Source: the human T2T-CHM13v2.0 reference genome, Homo sapiens. From it: a DNA stretch of 64,000 nt. Below the pieces are notes generated by a model. That model ran no database searches. It was not told the origin of the DNA and was given only the letters and a program-made list of their open reading frames with translations. Shown here piece after piece: positions 42,116-56,978 of this stretch (positions are counted from its first letter, which is position 1; each line of letters opens with the position of its first letter). A program made the position numbers and the translations under genes. The stretch is taken from NCBI RefSeq assembly GCF_009914755.1, contig NC_060947.1, one strand, 5' to 3'.

Positions 42116-44050
42116 TTTTCATTTGAGATAAAATTTTCACACAAAATAATGCATAATGCCTTGAGTGTACCATTCAATGAATTTCTACAAATGAACAAAT
42201 CTGTATAACCAAAATGTAGAATATTGATAATACCCCAGGAAGTTATCTCAAGCCTTTGTACTACTTCCCAGCCAATCTCCCAACACTCCACAGGAAAATA
42301 CAAATACCCCTCTTTTTTTCCCCCTATAGATGATTTTTGCTTGCTCTAGAAATTCCTATTAATAGAACAACACATATTCTTTCATGTAAGGCTTTATTCA
42401 CTCAACCTTTTATTTTCAGATTCATCCACATTATTACTTATTTCAGCAGTTCATTCCTTTTTATTTCTGAGTAGTGTCCCTTTGTGTAAAGATATCTGTT
42501 TTTTTAATCCATTGTTCTCTAGATTATGGCCTGATATAAATAAAGCTGCTAGAACCTTCTTGTACTAGTAATTTTTTGTATGTATTTTTCTTGAGTAAAT
42601 ACTGATAAGGGGAATTGATGGATTATAAAGTAAGTATATGTGTTGCTTTAGAAAAAAATTCAGATCTTTCTTCAAAGTAATTGTATGATGTTTCACTGCC
42701 ACCGACAACATATAAATGTTCCAATGACTCCATATCTTCCCCAATATTTGCTGGTGTTAGTCTTTTCAAGTTTAGCCAAACTGGTGAGTGTGCTATGTTA
42801 GCTAACTGTGATTTTATTTTGGATTTCCCTTATGACTGATGATGTTGGACACATTTTCATGTATTCATTGGCTGTATCTTTTCCCTTTTGAATTTTCTAT
42901 CAATGTTTTTGTTAATTTTTAATTTATTTATGGTTGAGTTCCAAAGATTTTGTGCATATTTTGATACCAGTATTTTATCTGATACATGTTTTGCAAATTT
43001 TTCTCCCACACTGAGGCTTGTTTATTAATTTTTGTAATGGTGTTTTTTGATGAGTAAATGTATTAAATGTTTATGAAGTTTAATTTTTCATTATTTTTCA
43101 TTTACAATTATTGCTTTCTTTGTTCTAAGAGACCTTTGTCTATCTCCAAATCACAAAGATAGTCTATGTTTTCATACAAAAGATTTATAGTTTTACTTTT
43201 TACATTTAGGTCTATTGTTCTGTCTCAAATTAATTTTTGTTTATTGCATGAGGCAGGAATTGAGTTTCATTTCCTTGCATATGGATACCCAGTTGTTCCA
43301 GCACTATTCATGGAAAAGCCTTTTCTGTCCCCAATGGATTGCCTTGGCTATTTTGTCAAAAAATCAAATGAATATATAAGTGGAGAGACATTTCTAGTCT
43401 CTCTATTCAACTCTATTGACATATTTGTTCGTTTTTATGCTACACTGTCTTGATTGCCATTATGTTATAGTAGATCTTAAAAAGCAATTATTATAAATCC
43501 TTTAAGTTTGTTCTTTTTCAAAATTACTTTGCATAATCTAGGTTCTTCCTTTATATGTCTATATGCCTTTATTTTCCTATATGCCTTATATCGTTGGTCT
43601 ACTTCCTTAAAAGTCTGCTTGGATTATAATTGGGAATGTGTTGACACTAAAACTAATGTTGGGATAAATGATATATTAATAATATTAAAGCTTTTCATCC
43701 ATGAACATGATATATTTTTTCATTTAGTTACGTCTTGATAAATTTCTCTCAGCAGTGTTTTGTAGCTTATAATAAAGAAGTCTTGCATAGTTTTATTAAA
43801 TTTACTTCTAGCCATATTATAGTTTCTGATGTTATTATAAATCAAATTTTTCTTACATTGTTCTGAAATTATTTTCTAATTCTGTGCTAGTATATAAAAT
43901 GTGTTTTTTTAAGTTATTTAATTTCCAAATATAGGAAATTTTTCTAGATATGATACTGCTACACATTTCTAATTTAATTTCATTGTAGTTAGAGCACATG
44001 CTTTTTATTTAAATCCTTTTAAATTTATTACCCTGGTTTTATCATATAAT
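42115..44050 (-). mobile_element. Old L1M (MB-ME age) 3' and ORF2 fragment
   Basis: Decayed antisense L1 (ATGGATACCCAGTTGTTCCAGCAC..., TCCATGAACATG...). Confidence 0.75.
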
Positions 44051-44549
44051 CTGTCTTACTACATGAATGTTTACTAAGAATTTTTGAGAAGATACAAAAG
44101 AAATACAAAAATTAAACCCTGCTTTCCTGCAGTTAACTAACCACATGGGAGTTAAAAATGTAAAAGTGCCGAACAATATGACATTCAGGAAGGGCTAAAA
44201 TTACATCATTAGTATGAATTGAATACATAAGTGATTAAAAGTCTGAAAAGAAAAGATTTATCAAAGTAGGGGATCATTCAGGGTATGCACCCCTCCAATA
44301 TTTTTAGACATGAGTCTTGAAATAGGTGTTTGGCATAAACTATTGAATTGGAAGTTGGTGAAATGATTAGTAGCACAAGGGATTTTAAAAAGCATTGGCA
44401 ATTCATGAGCAGAAGACAGCGTGGACTCTTCTTCCTCCTTCCTTTTGTTCTTTTTTTCACAAGGTTTTTTTCCAGCCCAGAATATTTTATGCTTTGTGAT
44501 TAATGCTAGAGCTACACTGTCTGTCTCTCCACTCAAAGATCTCTCAGTG

Positions 44550-45350
44550 AAGAGGAAGATGTAGGCATAAATATATTAAAGCATAAGCCTTAGGAAGGGG
44601 GATGCCAGTACAGAGATAGCAAGCAGAGTATCAATAGCTGATTTACTTTGCCTTAAATGGCACCAGGAAGAATTTACATAGTGGCTGTCTTTGAGCTGGA
44701 TCCGTAAGAACGTGTCTGCTAGAGAGAGAGAACGGGAAAGTCCTAACAGCACGAAAGTATAAGGTAAATACAGCTAGCAGCTTAGGGTGCATATGATGGG
44801 TAGGGGAATGAGTTTGCAAAGGTGCAAAGCAGCCAGATAACAAGATTTGATTGTGCTGAAAAAGTTTGCATTTTATGGTAAAGTGGACAGGAGTCATGAA
44901 ATGTCTTTAAGTAGTACAGTGGCTTGATCACATTTGTGTTTATAAAGCTATCTGGCAGAACTGGGAAGGGTGGACTGGATTCGGGAGAAACTAAAGACAG
45001 GGAAACCAGCTGGGAGACCATGTGGTAGCTCAGGTGATTGGTGATATATCTGAAGTGAGGCAGGAAAGATGAATTAATATGTGAAACATGTAAGAGGTAG
45101 AATGAATAGAAAACTGAGGACAGAGAAAAAGTGGTCATGAGTGATTTACCACTTTTAATGTGTTTGACGGGGTGCATAGTATTTTCATTATGAAGAAAAT
45201 CAAATGCAAGAAGGAAGGCAGATTTTGGAAGAGAAATTGAGTTTCATTTCTTATACCTTGAGGAGGAATAATCCATTAGCCAGGTAACTAGAGATCTGAA
45301 AATCAGGAGAGGGATTAGTGTGAGAGATTTGATTTGCAAGTCATTAATAT
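44550..45350 (-). mobile_element. L2 fragment
   Basis: Purine-rich antisense L2 pattern (TGATCACATTTGTGTTTATAAAG..., AGATTTGATTTGCAAGTCATT). Confidence 0.55.
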
Positions 45351-46173
45351 TGACTTGACATCAGTCAAGAAGAGAACTGGATTTATACCTAACTGGTATG
45401 TCTAAGGGAGACTTGGACTATTGGATGAAGATTAGGCTGAGATAATTTATGAGGCCTTTTCTGGGCCTTTGAGTAACTATAAAGTGAAAGGAGGAGTGGA
45501 ATAATATGGGGTAACTGGGAGATGGATGCTGGTGAAGTAGACAGAAGATCTGGAATACCAATTCTAAAAGTCTGGTTCTTAAGCCTGCCTTATTTATTTA
45601 ACAAAAAACATATCAGAAAAAAAGTAATTGGAGGAAAGTTAAGCTCTCATCCTACATTAATTAGAATATTTTATGGTTTATGCAAGAGAAATTAACTTGA
45701 GCTAGCTTCAGCAAAATAAGATACCTTCTTATGAGGATTCAGTGGTTCCTCATAGAAGCCAATGATAAGAATGCCATTGTAACTATGAGGCAGACAACCA
45801 TTGAGGATCCAGGCTCAGCTGCACTGTGTCTACCTCTTTCTGTTTCTCCCCTCTTCCATCCACTCCAGATTTGTTTTCCTAAGATTCTCCTTATGTTATA
45901 GTTCCTAAATTGACACATTATAGCTTCAGACACCCAGTGTTACCAATTCCCTGCTACTATTCTAAATCCCCAGGGAAGTTCTGTGGCCCAGCATGGGTGA
46001 GATGCTCCATCCTGATCCAGTTAATTCTGTGTGTGTTTAGAGGGGCCAAGGGACTCCAGGTCAATTAAATAATAATATCTGGGGATGGGATCCAGATATC
46101 AGTATTTTTTTTACAAGTGTTTCAGTTTGAAAAGCAGTGGCTTAGGCTTTGTTACTTTTATGTAAAGAAAGAC

Positions 46174-46657
46174 TGTAGTAGGGATATTAATGCCCCCCAA
46201 AAGATATCCACATGCCAGTACCCAAAACCTGTGAAAATATGTTACATGGCAAAAGGGAATTAAAGTTACAGATATAATTAAGGCTGCTAATCATTTGCCC
46301 TTCAGATAGGGAGACTGTTTTGGATTATCTTAATGTGCCCAATATAATCAGAAAGGTCCTTACATGTGGAAGAGGTAGGCAGAAGTGTCAGTGTGTCAGA
46401 GTAATATTATTGTTGGCTTTGAAAATGGAATACAGCCATGAATGAAGGAATGTGGGAGGTCTCTAGAATGTGGAAAAGGCAAGAAAAAAGATTCTCCCAA
46501 AAAGTTTCCATAAAGGAACTCAACTCTGCTGACGCCTTGATTTTAGTCCAGTGTGACTCTTGTCAGACTTCCTCCAGGACCATAAGATAAATTTGTGTTG
46601 TTTTAAATCATGAAGTTTGTGGTAATTTTTGTACAGCAGCCACAGAAAACTAATACA
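46174..46657 (+). mobile_element. MLT1D-like MaLR solo LTR
   Basis: TG start and canonical end CAGCAGCCACAGAAAACTAATACA. Near-TSD AAGAC / CAGAC. Confidence 0.85.
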
Positions 46658-48389
46658 CAGACACTGTTAACCAGCTTTGTTAATACTTGAATACTTGGGG
46701 AGGCAGGGAGAGGGAGAGAAAGAGGGGTCAAAGGTAATTCCAAGGCTGTATTCCTTAAATACAGTTTCGATGGTGGACATCTTTTTTTTTTTGTCTGTCC
46801 ATTGCCTGTCTCTTCTGAAAACGGCATCTCCCCCTTACTGTTTGTTTTCATTTAGAAATTTTTCTCTTTATTTTTTTTTCTTTAACCATGTGGTTCTAAT
46901 TGGGTCCCATTCTTATGTCACATACGCATTTTCTCTTCAGGAGTGGTTACGGTACTCAATTCTACCCAATCAGATGTTTTAACTGTTGCTTTAAAAACTG
47001 GAAGTGAGAGAAGAGAGATACTTTCTCTCTGGTAGGAACTTGGTAGGTGTGAGCAACTTGTAACAGGCTACGGTGCCAAACCAGCAGAACATGACTTTGA
47101 GATGTTCTGTTAGAATGACCCTGTCTGTATTGAGAGCCTGAGCTGGAATTCAAAGCATTCCTGTTGCTGGTTCCATTTAATCCTATGGCCAATCATAGAC
47201 CTACCCTTTCACAACTTGGGTTACACAATAACTTCCTGTTTTTGCCTGATCTACTTCAATCTAGTTTTTGTCATTTCAACCAAAATATCCTGAAAAATTT
47301 AGACAAAAAAGAAAAAAATAATCAAGTGAAAAGTTTTAAAAAAACACATATGCACATTTATTAAGGATGCAAATCTTACTTTTATTAGCCTAGCAATTTT
47401 TTTAAGAACATGTATGTGAAATATTTTACTAGTGAAATGAATAGGACAAAGTCCTGCTTCCAGGCACTTACAGACTTACTAATCCTGCAAAATTTGTGCC
47501 TACATTACCAATATACCTTTTGGCAATATATCTCTCTACATCCTCCCTAGGCTTATTTGACAAGTGCAAGATAGAAATGAGTTCTAGAAAATCTGATTTG
47601 TAAAATATATGAATGGAAGACAAGAAAGGTTAAATGGAAGAATTTTGGGATATTCAGATCTTTAAGGGCAATCACCAAACTCTCCCATAAAATGCTCCCA
47701 TCACAGTTAAAATGCTTGCTAGGAAAGACTATTGGTGTGGTCCTGTGGCAATTCTTTTATTCTTAATAAGCCAAATGTTTCTTAATTCCATCACAATTAA
47801 AGTAAAAAGAAGGGGAACTTAGTTTGGAATAAATCACTTCAGGTCCACAGCCCAATTCACTTTGGATTCACTCAGGCGTGTGTTTATTTTAATAGCTGAT
47901 CTGAAAGCATGTGAGATGCCACAGCTGACCAGACTGTAAACAGAAAAGCATACAAGTTAAAACCAAGCACGCATGCAGCATGGAATAATAATCAAGCTAG
48001 ACTCCTTATGATGCAAAATGCCAGAAAACCTCCAAGCATTAGGTCAAAGTTTACACAATAGCAAAAGCCTTTTATTCTGTTTCTTAGAGGGGCTTGTAGA
48101 AGTTTAAGATTCAAGTTCTAAGATAGCTCTACCTAAAAAGCGAGGTCAAAGATGGGTTTTCTTCTCAAGATATTTGGGTAAGTTTGTACAAGACGGTTTT
48201 TTTTTTTTTTTTTTTTTTTAGAAAAAGCAGATAGTTGTCACCAAGAGTTGTCCGGAAACAGTGGCAAGGGAATTATTCCTCAAGGAAAGTGCAATTCTCT
48301 GAGCTGTAACAGTGGACAATGGTCGAATAGTCACCAACCACGATCTGGGCTCACACATAGCAAAGAGGTATATTAACTAGGATGCCCTA

Positions 48390-49740
48390 CACAGGCGGTC
48401 TGTGGATGAGAAATCCCTATGCCCCTCACTTCACCAGGGCTGAAGAGTACGCGATGAGGAGAAATGACTAGGAAAAGGAATAATGTGTGGTGAGGTATGT
48501 ATGCGAAAGAGAAAAAGGCTGGCGGGGACCCGCGGTGGCTAGGAGAGACGTGGCGGCCCAACGGCTGACTACTTGGGCCCGCGCCGAGCCAGGCTTTCTC
48601 CACGGTGCGTGTGGGAGTGCACAGAGGGGCCTCGACGGCTTTTCTGTATGTGTTATAAATAAACCCCAATAGTGGAAAGCTCCAGCAGGATGCCCTGAGC
48701 CCTGGGTCTTCCCAGCAGAAGCGGTGGAGGATCCGCCCCTCGTTTCCCACCCCCGCGCCCCACCCTGTTCCCGCCCCTTCTCTCTTAACCCCGCCCCAGC
48801 CCAGCCCCCGCCTCTTTCCACCTCCCTTCCAGTCCGCTCCCGGTTCCTGGCTCCAGCTAGGCTCGGCAGAAATAGGAGCGCGCAGGCGCGACGTGCGGCT
48901 CGCAGAACGGCGAGTAGCGGAGCGGGACCCGCTGTGAGTGTGGCGGCCGCGCTGGGTTCCTAGCTGGGGAAACGTGATCCAGGCGAAGCGCCCCAGGAAG
49001 GATTGGGGTGTGTGGGGGTGACTTCGGTTCTGCGAGGAGAAACCCGTCAGATATGCGGTAGCGTTGGTAGCGACGCTGCCTGTGGGTGTCCGGCCAGGGC
49101 CGCGTGGGGAGCGGAGTGCGTGGTAGCGGGAGTGGGTGAGGGTGGGTATGACGAGAAAAAAAATTGAAGGAATGGGGTTTACAGGCTGGAAGTCCGCACA
49201 CAGACTGGGCAGGACCGCGAGGCTTGCCAACGGTGCTGGAGGGTGTCCCAGCTTCAAGTTCAGTCCCCTGCTTGGTGCCCATGAGGGACGTCCCAAGCTC
49301 ATCCCTTCCTCCAGCGCTGCTTTCTCTGGTGCAGAGTTGCTAGAAACATTCCCCGTCGGAGGGGAAAGGATTTGGAGGCGGTGGGCTGTCGGCCCGGGCT
49401 AGTCCCAAGGAGGGCGTGGCGTTCGTGTGACTTTCCTTTACCCACCCCCGGGAATGTGTCCCTCTTCTGATCCATTGTGCCCGTGGACATTTTAACAAAG
49501 GCTATGACTGTTTTGTAGGCAGTGGCGGGTGACAGTGGGAGGGGGTGCGTGCGAGGTCGGTCGCGGTGCGGCCCTGGGGGATGGGAGAGCGGGGGGAGGG
49601 GGAGGCGGCGTGGGGGGAAGTGAAAGGAAGAGAAACAGTCTTCCTGCTTCAGGTTTTTCCTTCTTCCTGGTCCGCTGAATTTGATCACTGGTAGGAACAG
49701 CCCCAAGAGGGATATGACTGGAAAGTAGTGTGTGCGCGTT
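48390..49740. promoter_or_regulatory. CpG-island promoter
   Basis: Only CpG-dense non-Alu segment in the window. GC boxes (48732-48739, 48770-48777, 48789-48797), NRF1-like GCGCAGGCGC (48880-48889) and GACGTG (48890-48895). Confidence 0.93.
48830..48933 (+). other. Probable non-coding first exon of an unidentified + strand gene (start approximate)
   Basis: Lies just downstream of the GC boxes, has no ATG and ends at CT|GTGAGT (GT 48934-48935). G-rich sequence follows, as is typical of first introns. Confidence 0.7.
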
Positions 49741-50750
49741 TGGACTCTGGCTCCAGCCACTGGTTTTTGTGATTGTGCTGTGCAAGTATTTTCTACGAGT
49801 CCCTTTAGGAGAAAAGCGAAACTAATGGGATTTGAGAGGAAATAATTGAATGAAAGGATGAAGAGGTTGAGTGACAAAACTTAGAGCTTAATTATTTGTC
49901 TGTTGATGGTCATACTATAAAGCCAGACTTTGAAGGATGCGAAGGTGTTCAAGCCAGGGTAAGTGAAAAGTTGGTTAGGCTACTGTTGATTGTTTCAATC
50001 AAGAGTGGATTATTGGGCATGTGTGTGGATGTGCTGTCAAGATCTTGGGCCGACTCACTTTAGAACCTTTGAAAATAATATTAAGGATACAAAACATTAG
50101 GGCAAATATTGTAATATTGGATAAAGCTCCATATGCTTTCATTTTCAAACTTAGGGACTTTTATGAAAGATAGTATATGTGTTCCCAAGCATAGATGTTG
50201 ATATTTTTACTCATTTGTTTTAAGTTAATACAACAAAATAAACTGAACTTCCTCCTCTCCACCCCTTTCCCTCGATTGTAAATCCCGTTTTATAAACGTT
50301 TACTTTCTGATCTGAAGTATACTTAAAAACACAATTACCCCGCCCAACCCCCACCCCTGCACCAACCCCAGGCATGAGGTGAACAGGATTTCTTCTGGTT
50401 TTATTGTTATGTTATTCTTTCTTTTTCTATTTTCCCAAATTTGGGGCAGGTGGAGGGCGGGGAGTGTTAGGGATGCCTTTTCTCTTTTCTAGTGCCTGAT
50501 GAACTCCTATTCATCTTTCTAGACTTAGCCTGATTCACTTCTTGAAAAATTTTGCCATCTTCTCCAGAGTGAATTAATCACACCCTTTTCTGTTAAATTT
50601 ATATAACTTGCCTTATTTCTCCATTACTACTAGAACCTCAGTCTTTTGTGTTACCCTTGTACCTAGAGCTGCCTGGCATGTGATAAGCACCTAATAAACT
50701 AACTTACAGATATATATTAATAAATGCTGTTAGAAAGATGGTAATTCATA

Positions 50751-51092
<342 letters not shown>

Positions 51093-52338
51093 TCATGGGA
51101 TAATACAAGAAATTCAGAATTCTGAAATTGTATTTAATATTTGAGCAGCATTATTTGGAATATGGATAAGTACTGTGTGGAAATATGTTCTCATGTATTA
51201 GTCATAGTTTATCCCTCTAAAAAGAGGTGCAAAAACTCTACAGATAAAGGGAAAATAGGGATCAGAAAAAGGTGAAGTTTTTAAAAAGGCCAGTTTCTGA
51301 TACTGAAACTAGTGAAATTAACTATTTGTAGAAAGACACAAATAGGTTGCTGCTGGAATTTAGGAAGTACTACAAATGAATCAGGTTGCCAGATGGTATT
51401 CTCTGAAGGGTGATGTAACTAAAGAAAGCTGTAATCTAACCAGTTGTATTATACTTCTTTTACATCTTAAAGTATTTTCGGCCTTTGGCTAATGGGTCTC
51501 TTCATGTTACAGTTCCCTGATAGGCTTGGTCTAACCATTTCTGCCAAACTGTCTTTGACATCTCTCTTAACTCCACCAGGATCACTGGCCTTCCAGTTAC
51601 CTCTGGCTCCTAACAGGAATTATCTTCCCCCTGTTCCTCACCTCCAGCCTTCTTCTCCTGAATGGATATATGTATTTGAGAAAATACCATGAACAAATGA
51701 TCACTTACTTTATAAAAGAATGGAATTGGTTCTTTAGTTTAAAAATAAGTCAGAATTGGCTACCTGCTTAGTCTAGCCTTCTGTGCCTGCAAAGCAGACA
51801 GAGAACTATGAGCATTAGTAACCCTTATTTTTCATTTCTCCCTTATTCATCTAAATGCAAAAGCACTTTTTTTCATTTCACTTTTAAAAATAGCATTAGT
51901 CATTGTTCCTAAAACACTTCAAGTTAGTCTCTTTTTTTGACTAAAACTCAAAACTCAGGGAGGAAGAGTAGTAGCATCCATAAAACTTTTTTAAAGTTCT
52001 ACATCATCTGTGGACCTACTGACTGAAAAAATATTCCAAACCAACCATTGTGATTATACCTTCCTTCTTAAAACTTTCCTCTTAGACTTCCTTCTCATAT
52101 TTCTGATTTTTTTTCTCTAATTCTTTGACCGGTTAACCTCAGTCACCTCCACAGTCTTCTCAGGGTTCTGTTCAAAACTCTTTTTCTCACTGTATGCACA
52201 AGAGTCAAGGGCATGGAAACTGGAGAAATCGAAAATTGGAGGCAAGACAAGAAGTTAAACTTTTCTTTCCGAGCATTAGTTTCCTCACTTGTAAAAATGA
52301 TAATTATAATACTTACCTGATAATTAAGATCAGGTATA

Positions 52339-53429
52339 TAGTGATGTGACGCATAATGACATTTTGGTCAACTATGGACAACATGTGTGATGGTGGTTCC
52401 CATAAGATTATAATGGAGCTGAAAAACCTGGTGACTTTGTAGCCTTTGTAATGTCACAGTGCAATGCATTACAGTATATAACACTTGATAATAAATAACT
52501 ATGCTAATGGTTTATTTACTATACTATACTTTTTAATTATTATTTTAGAGTATACTTCTACTTATATATTTTTTAAAATTAACTGTAAAACAGCCTCAGA
52601 CAGGTCCTTCAGGAAGGCAAGAAGAAGGCATTGTTATCATAGGGGATGATATCTCCACCCATGTTATTGCCCCTGAAAACCTTCCAGTGGAACAAGATGT
52701 GAAAGTGGAAGAGTGATATTGATGATCCTGACCCTGTGTAGGTCTAGGCTAATGTGTATGTTTGTGTCTTAGTTTTTAATAAAAATGTTTAAAAAGTTAA
52801 ACAAATTAAATAGATAAAAACTTATGGAATAAGGATATAAAGAAAGAAAATGTTTTTGTACAACTGTCCAGTGTATGTTTTAAGCTCAGTATTATTACAA
52901 AAGAGTCAAAAAGTTTAAAATATTAAAAAGTTTATGTAGTAAAGAAGTTATAGTAAGCTAAGGTTAATTTATTATTGAAGAAAGAATTACATTTTTTATA
53001 TATTTGGTGTAGCCTAAGTGGAGACTATTTATAAAGACTACAGTAGTGTACAGTAAATGTCATAGGGCTTCATATCCACTTACCACTCACTCACTGACTT
53101 ACCCAGAGCAGCTTTCAGTCCTGCAGGCTCTATTCATGGTAAGTGGCCTATACAGATGTACCATTTTTTATCTTTTATACCTATTTTTACTGTACATTTT
53201 CTGTGTTTAGATACACAGACATCATTGTGTTACAATTGCCTGTTCAGTACAGTAACATGCTGTACAGGATTGTAGCCTAGGAATAATAGGGTATACCATA
53301 TTGCTTAGGTGTGTAGTAAGCTATACCATCCAGGTATGTGTGAGTACATTCTATGATGTTGACACAACAACGAAATCGCCTAAAGGCATTTCTCAGACCA
53401 TATCCCAGTTGTTAAGTGATGCATGACTG
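52339..53429 (+). mobile_element. Tigger3b-like DNA transposon inserted in a MIR
   Basis: TIRs (T)AGTGATGTGACGCATAATGAC ... GTTGTTAAGTGATGCATGACTG, with MIR sequence on both flanks. Confidence 0.85.
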
Positions 53430-53802
53430 TTAACAGCTTATAATGTCTAGCACATAGTAGTGCTTTTAAAATGTTAGCTGTTGTTATTTATGTCTGCTGT
53501 TTCTTGTGAGCTCCCATTATTTCAATAGCAATTAACTTCAGAATGTGGATGTATTGATATTTCCCACCCTGTTTGAGCTCCAGTTCTGTATTTGTAGATA
53601 ACTCCCATGTATTTCCAACAGGTTGCTTAGCACAGTGGTTCTGAAACTTCAGCATGTACAATAATCACAAGATGCATAGATTTCTGGACCCCATACCCAA
53701 AGTTTGTGATGTCTAGGATAGAGTCTAAGAATTTCCATTTCTAATAAGTTCATAAATGATGGTGATTCTGCTGTCCCTGGGAAAACATTGAGTGGCATTT
53801 AA

Positions 53803-54230
<428 letters not shown>

Positions 54231-54350
54231 GGTAGTGCTTTTAAGACTGTTTAGAGTGTCCTCTAAAATGTAGAGAGGATAGGACTGACAGAAGATGCTT
54301 GGATTTGATGACCACAAGGTTTTCTTTTGTTTGTTTTTGGTGTGTTTCAG

Positions 54351-54427
54351 GTGCAGATTGTTGGTTTAATTATACTTCTCAGTTGGTATTATATTATCAT
54401 TATTGTGACCAGGAGAACATATCACAG
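54351..54427 (+). other. Candidate 77-nt non-coding (5' UTR) internal exon
   Basis: T-rich tract ending TTTCAG|G, donor CAG|GTATTT, no ATG. Confidence 0.45.
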
Positions 54428-54443
54428 GTATTTGAGGTAATGG

Positions 54444-54757
<314 letters not shown>

Positions 54758-55514
54758 TAGAGGTAATGGTTCTTAATCTGGTGTGTGCATCAGACTGTCA
54801 TAGGGAGCTGTTTCAAACAATACACTTAAGTTTAGTGCCCCTCCCCACAATATTGACTCATAAAATCTGGATTTCAGGGTGTGGGATCTAGGCATGAAAA
54901 AATTCCCTGGTTAAGAACCATCTCTTCAGCAATGTTGGGCAGAATATGGAAGAACTGAAAATAGTTTTATTGGTAAATTGCTGGTGAAAGGAGAATAGAA
55001 GAAAAAGACTGGAGTTTGAAGATTTTTGGAGTTCAAGAAAATGGGAATATGTAAAGGTGAAAAGCCTGCTGGAGTCAAGGAGCGATTGAATGTGTAATGT
55101 TATGAACATATAATTGATGGAATACAGTACTGGAGCAGGAGAGCAGGAGAGAATGGAATTAGTAGGTACCATAAAAAGAGAGGAGAAAGGAGTGAAAAAA
55201 GTAAGTTTAAAGATGGAAGTGGGAGAAGCTGAAAGAACTCTCTTTAAGGGAGGTTTGTTTGCACACTACTGTTCTTCAGTGGAACTTAAGTAGTCTTGAA
55301 CTCTTAAGTGGAATGGATTTTTTCAAGTTTAATAATGCTAGCAAATAAATCAATAATTTCAGCTATTCCAGCTACCACTAATGGCTACAAGTGTATTTTT
55401 CTTCAACTTAGTTTGAATAATTATTTTTTGAAATTAAGTCTAGACATGCTGTGTTGTAATGTTATTGCCCTAGCCCTTGCCGTAAGACTGCTATATCATA
55501 AGTTTCATATGATT

Positions 55515-56200
55515 TTCATTCAGTTATTCAACAAATATTTGTATGACTGTCAATGGCCAGGCATCCTTCTAAACACTGAGGATACAACAGTATATAAAAC
55601 AGTTATATTTTATTAGAAATTTCCGCCTTTGAGGCGCTTGCATCGTATTTGAGGGAGGCAGATAATAAAGTAAATGAGTAAAATATAAGAAATATATATA
55701 TAATTTTCTATACATATACACATAAATATACATATATGTTAAGTGACATGGTGCTGCATTCTTTGGAGAAATACAAAGCAGGGAAGGTGAATGGGGGGAC
55801 CTACAGGTATTCATCTATAGGTGAATAGGGCATGTTGGAGGGAGGTAATCAGGGAAGACTTCACTGTCAGCAAAGACTTGTAGAAGATAAGAAAACCATT
55901 TATTTGGAGGAAGAGCTTCCTAAGCACAGGGAACAGCAGTTGTAAAAGTCTTGAGGTGGGTTCTTTTTGAGACCTTTCAGCTAAATATAGCAAAATGGTT
56001 TTTGCGGCTGGAGTAGCATGAATGAGAAGGGGTGAATAATAAGGCATAGAGTCAGATAAGCAAGAAGGATTGTGGGAGTGGTGGGAAGATTGCAAGAGGA
56101 GAAATTTTTGAATGGGGAGATCAAGAACTACATACTGGCCATGTTGAGTTAGAGATGATTATTTGATACTCCAGGTAGAATTCATGGGATAGGTATGGGT
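55515..56200 (-). mobile_element. L2 3' fragment
   Basis: TTCATTCAGTTATTCAACAAATATTT...GCCAGGCA terminus. Confidence 0.7.
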
Positions 56201-56978
56201 AAACAGGAAACTCTAGGAATGGATCACAACATTATAAGGGAAGAGAAGGGGTCATTGTTTTGCTTTGTTTTTAAATTAAAAAACTTTAGTTTTTTAGAGC
56301 AGTGTTAGGTTCATGGAAAAATTACAAGGAAAGTACAGAGAGTTCTCATATACCCCCTCTTCACATACACAACCTCCTGCACTATCAGGACATCCTGTAC
56401 CACAGTGGTACATTTGTTGCTGTTCATGAACCTCCATTGACATATCATTATCACCTAAAGCTAATTGTTTATATTAGGACTCACTCTTGGTATTGTACAT
56501 CTTATGGATTTGGATGAATGTATAATAACATATCTACTATTGTATTAATATTATGATATGATATAGTTTCACTACCCCAAAAATTCTCTGTGTTCTGCCT
56601 TTTCAACTGCCCTTCCTTCCAGCCCCTGGAACCCACTGATCCTTCTACTGTCTCCATAGTTTTTCCTTTTTCAAAATGTCATATAGTTGGAATTATAAAG
56701 TATGCGGCTTTTTCATATTGGTTTCTTTCACCTAGTAACGTTCATGTAAGCTTCCTCCATGTTTTTTCATGGTTTAATAGCTTATTTCTTTTTAGTGCTT
56801 AATACTCCATTGGATGTACCACAGTTTATTCATTCACCTACTAAAAAATATCTTGGTTGCTTCCAAGTTGTCGTAATTATAAATAAAGCTATTATAAATA
56901 TCTGTGTGCAGTATTTTATGTGGACATAGATTTTCAATTCATTTGAATACAAAGGAGCTCAATTGCTGGATGAGAATA

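Noticed and set aside
48830-48933. Assigning a gene symbol to the promoter
   Set aside because: No coding exon lies in the window and I do not reliably recognise the leader; a BLAT search would settle it.
48373-49877. Long ORFs over the CpG island (309 aa, 192 aa, 141 aa and others)
   Set aside because: Stop-poor GC-rich sequence gives overlapping ORFs in several frames, many with non-ATG starts. They are Pro/Gly/Arg-rich with no recognisable domain.
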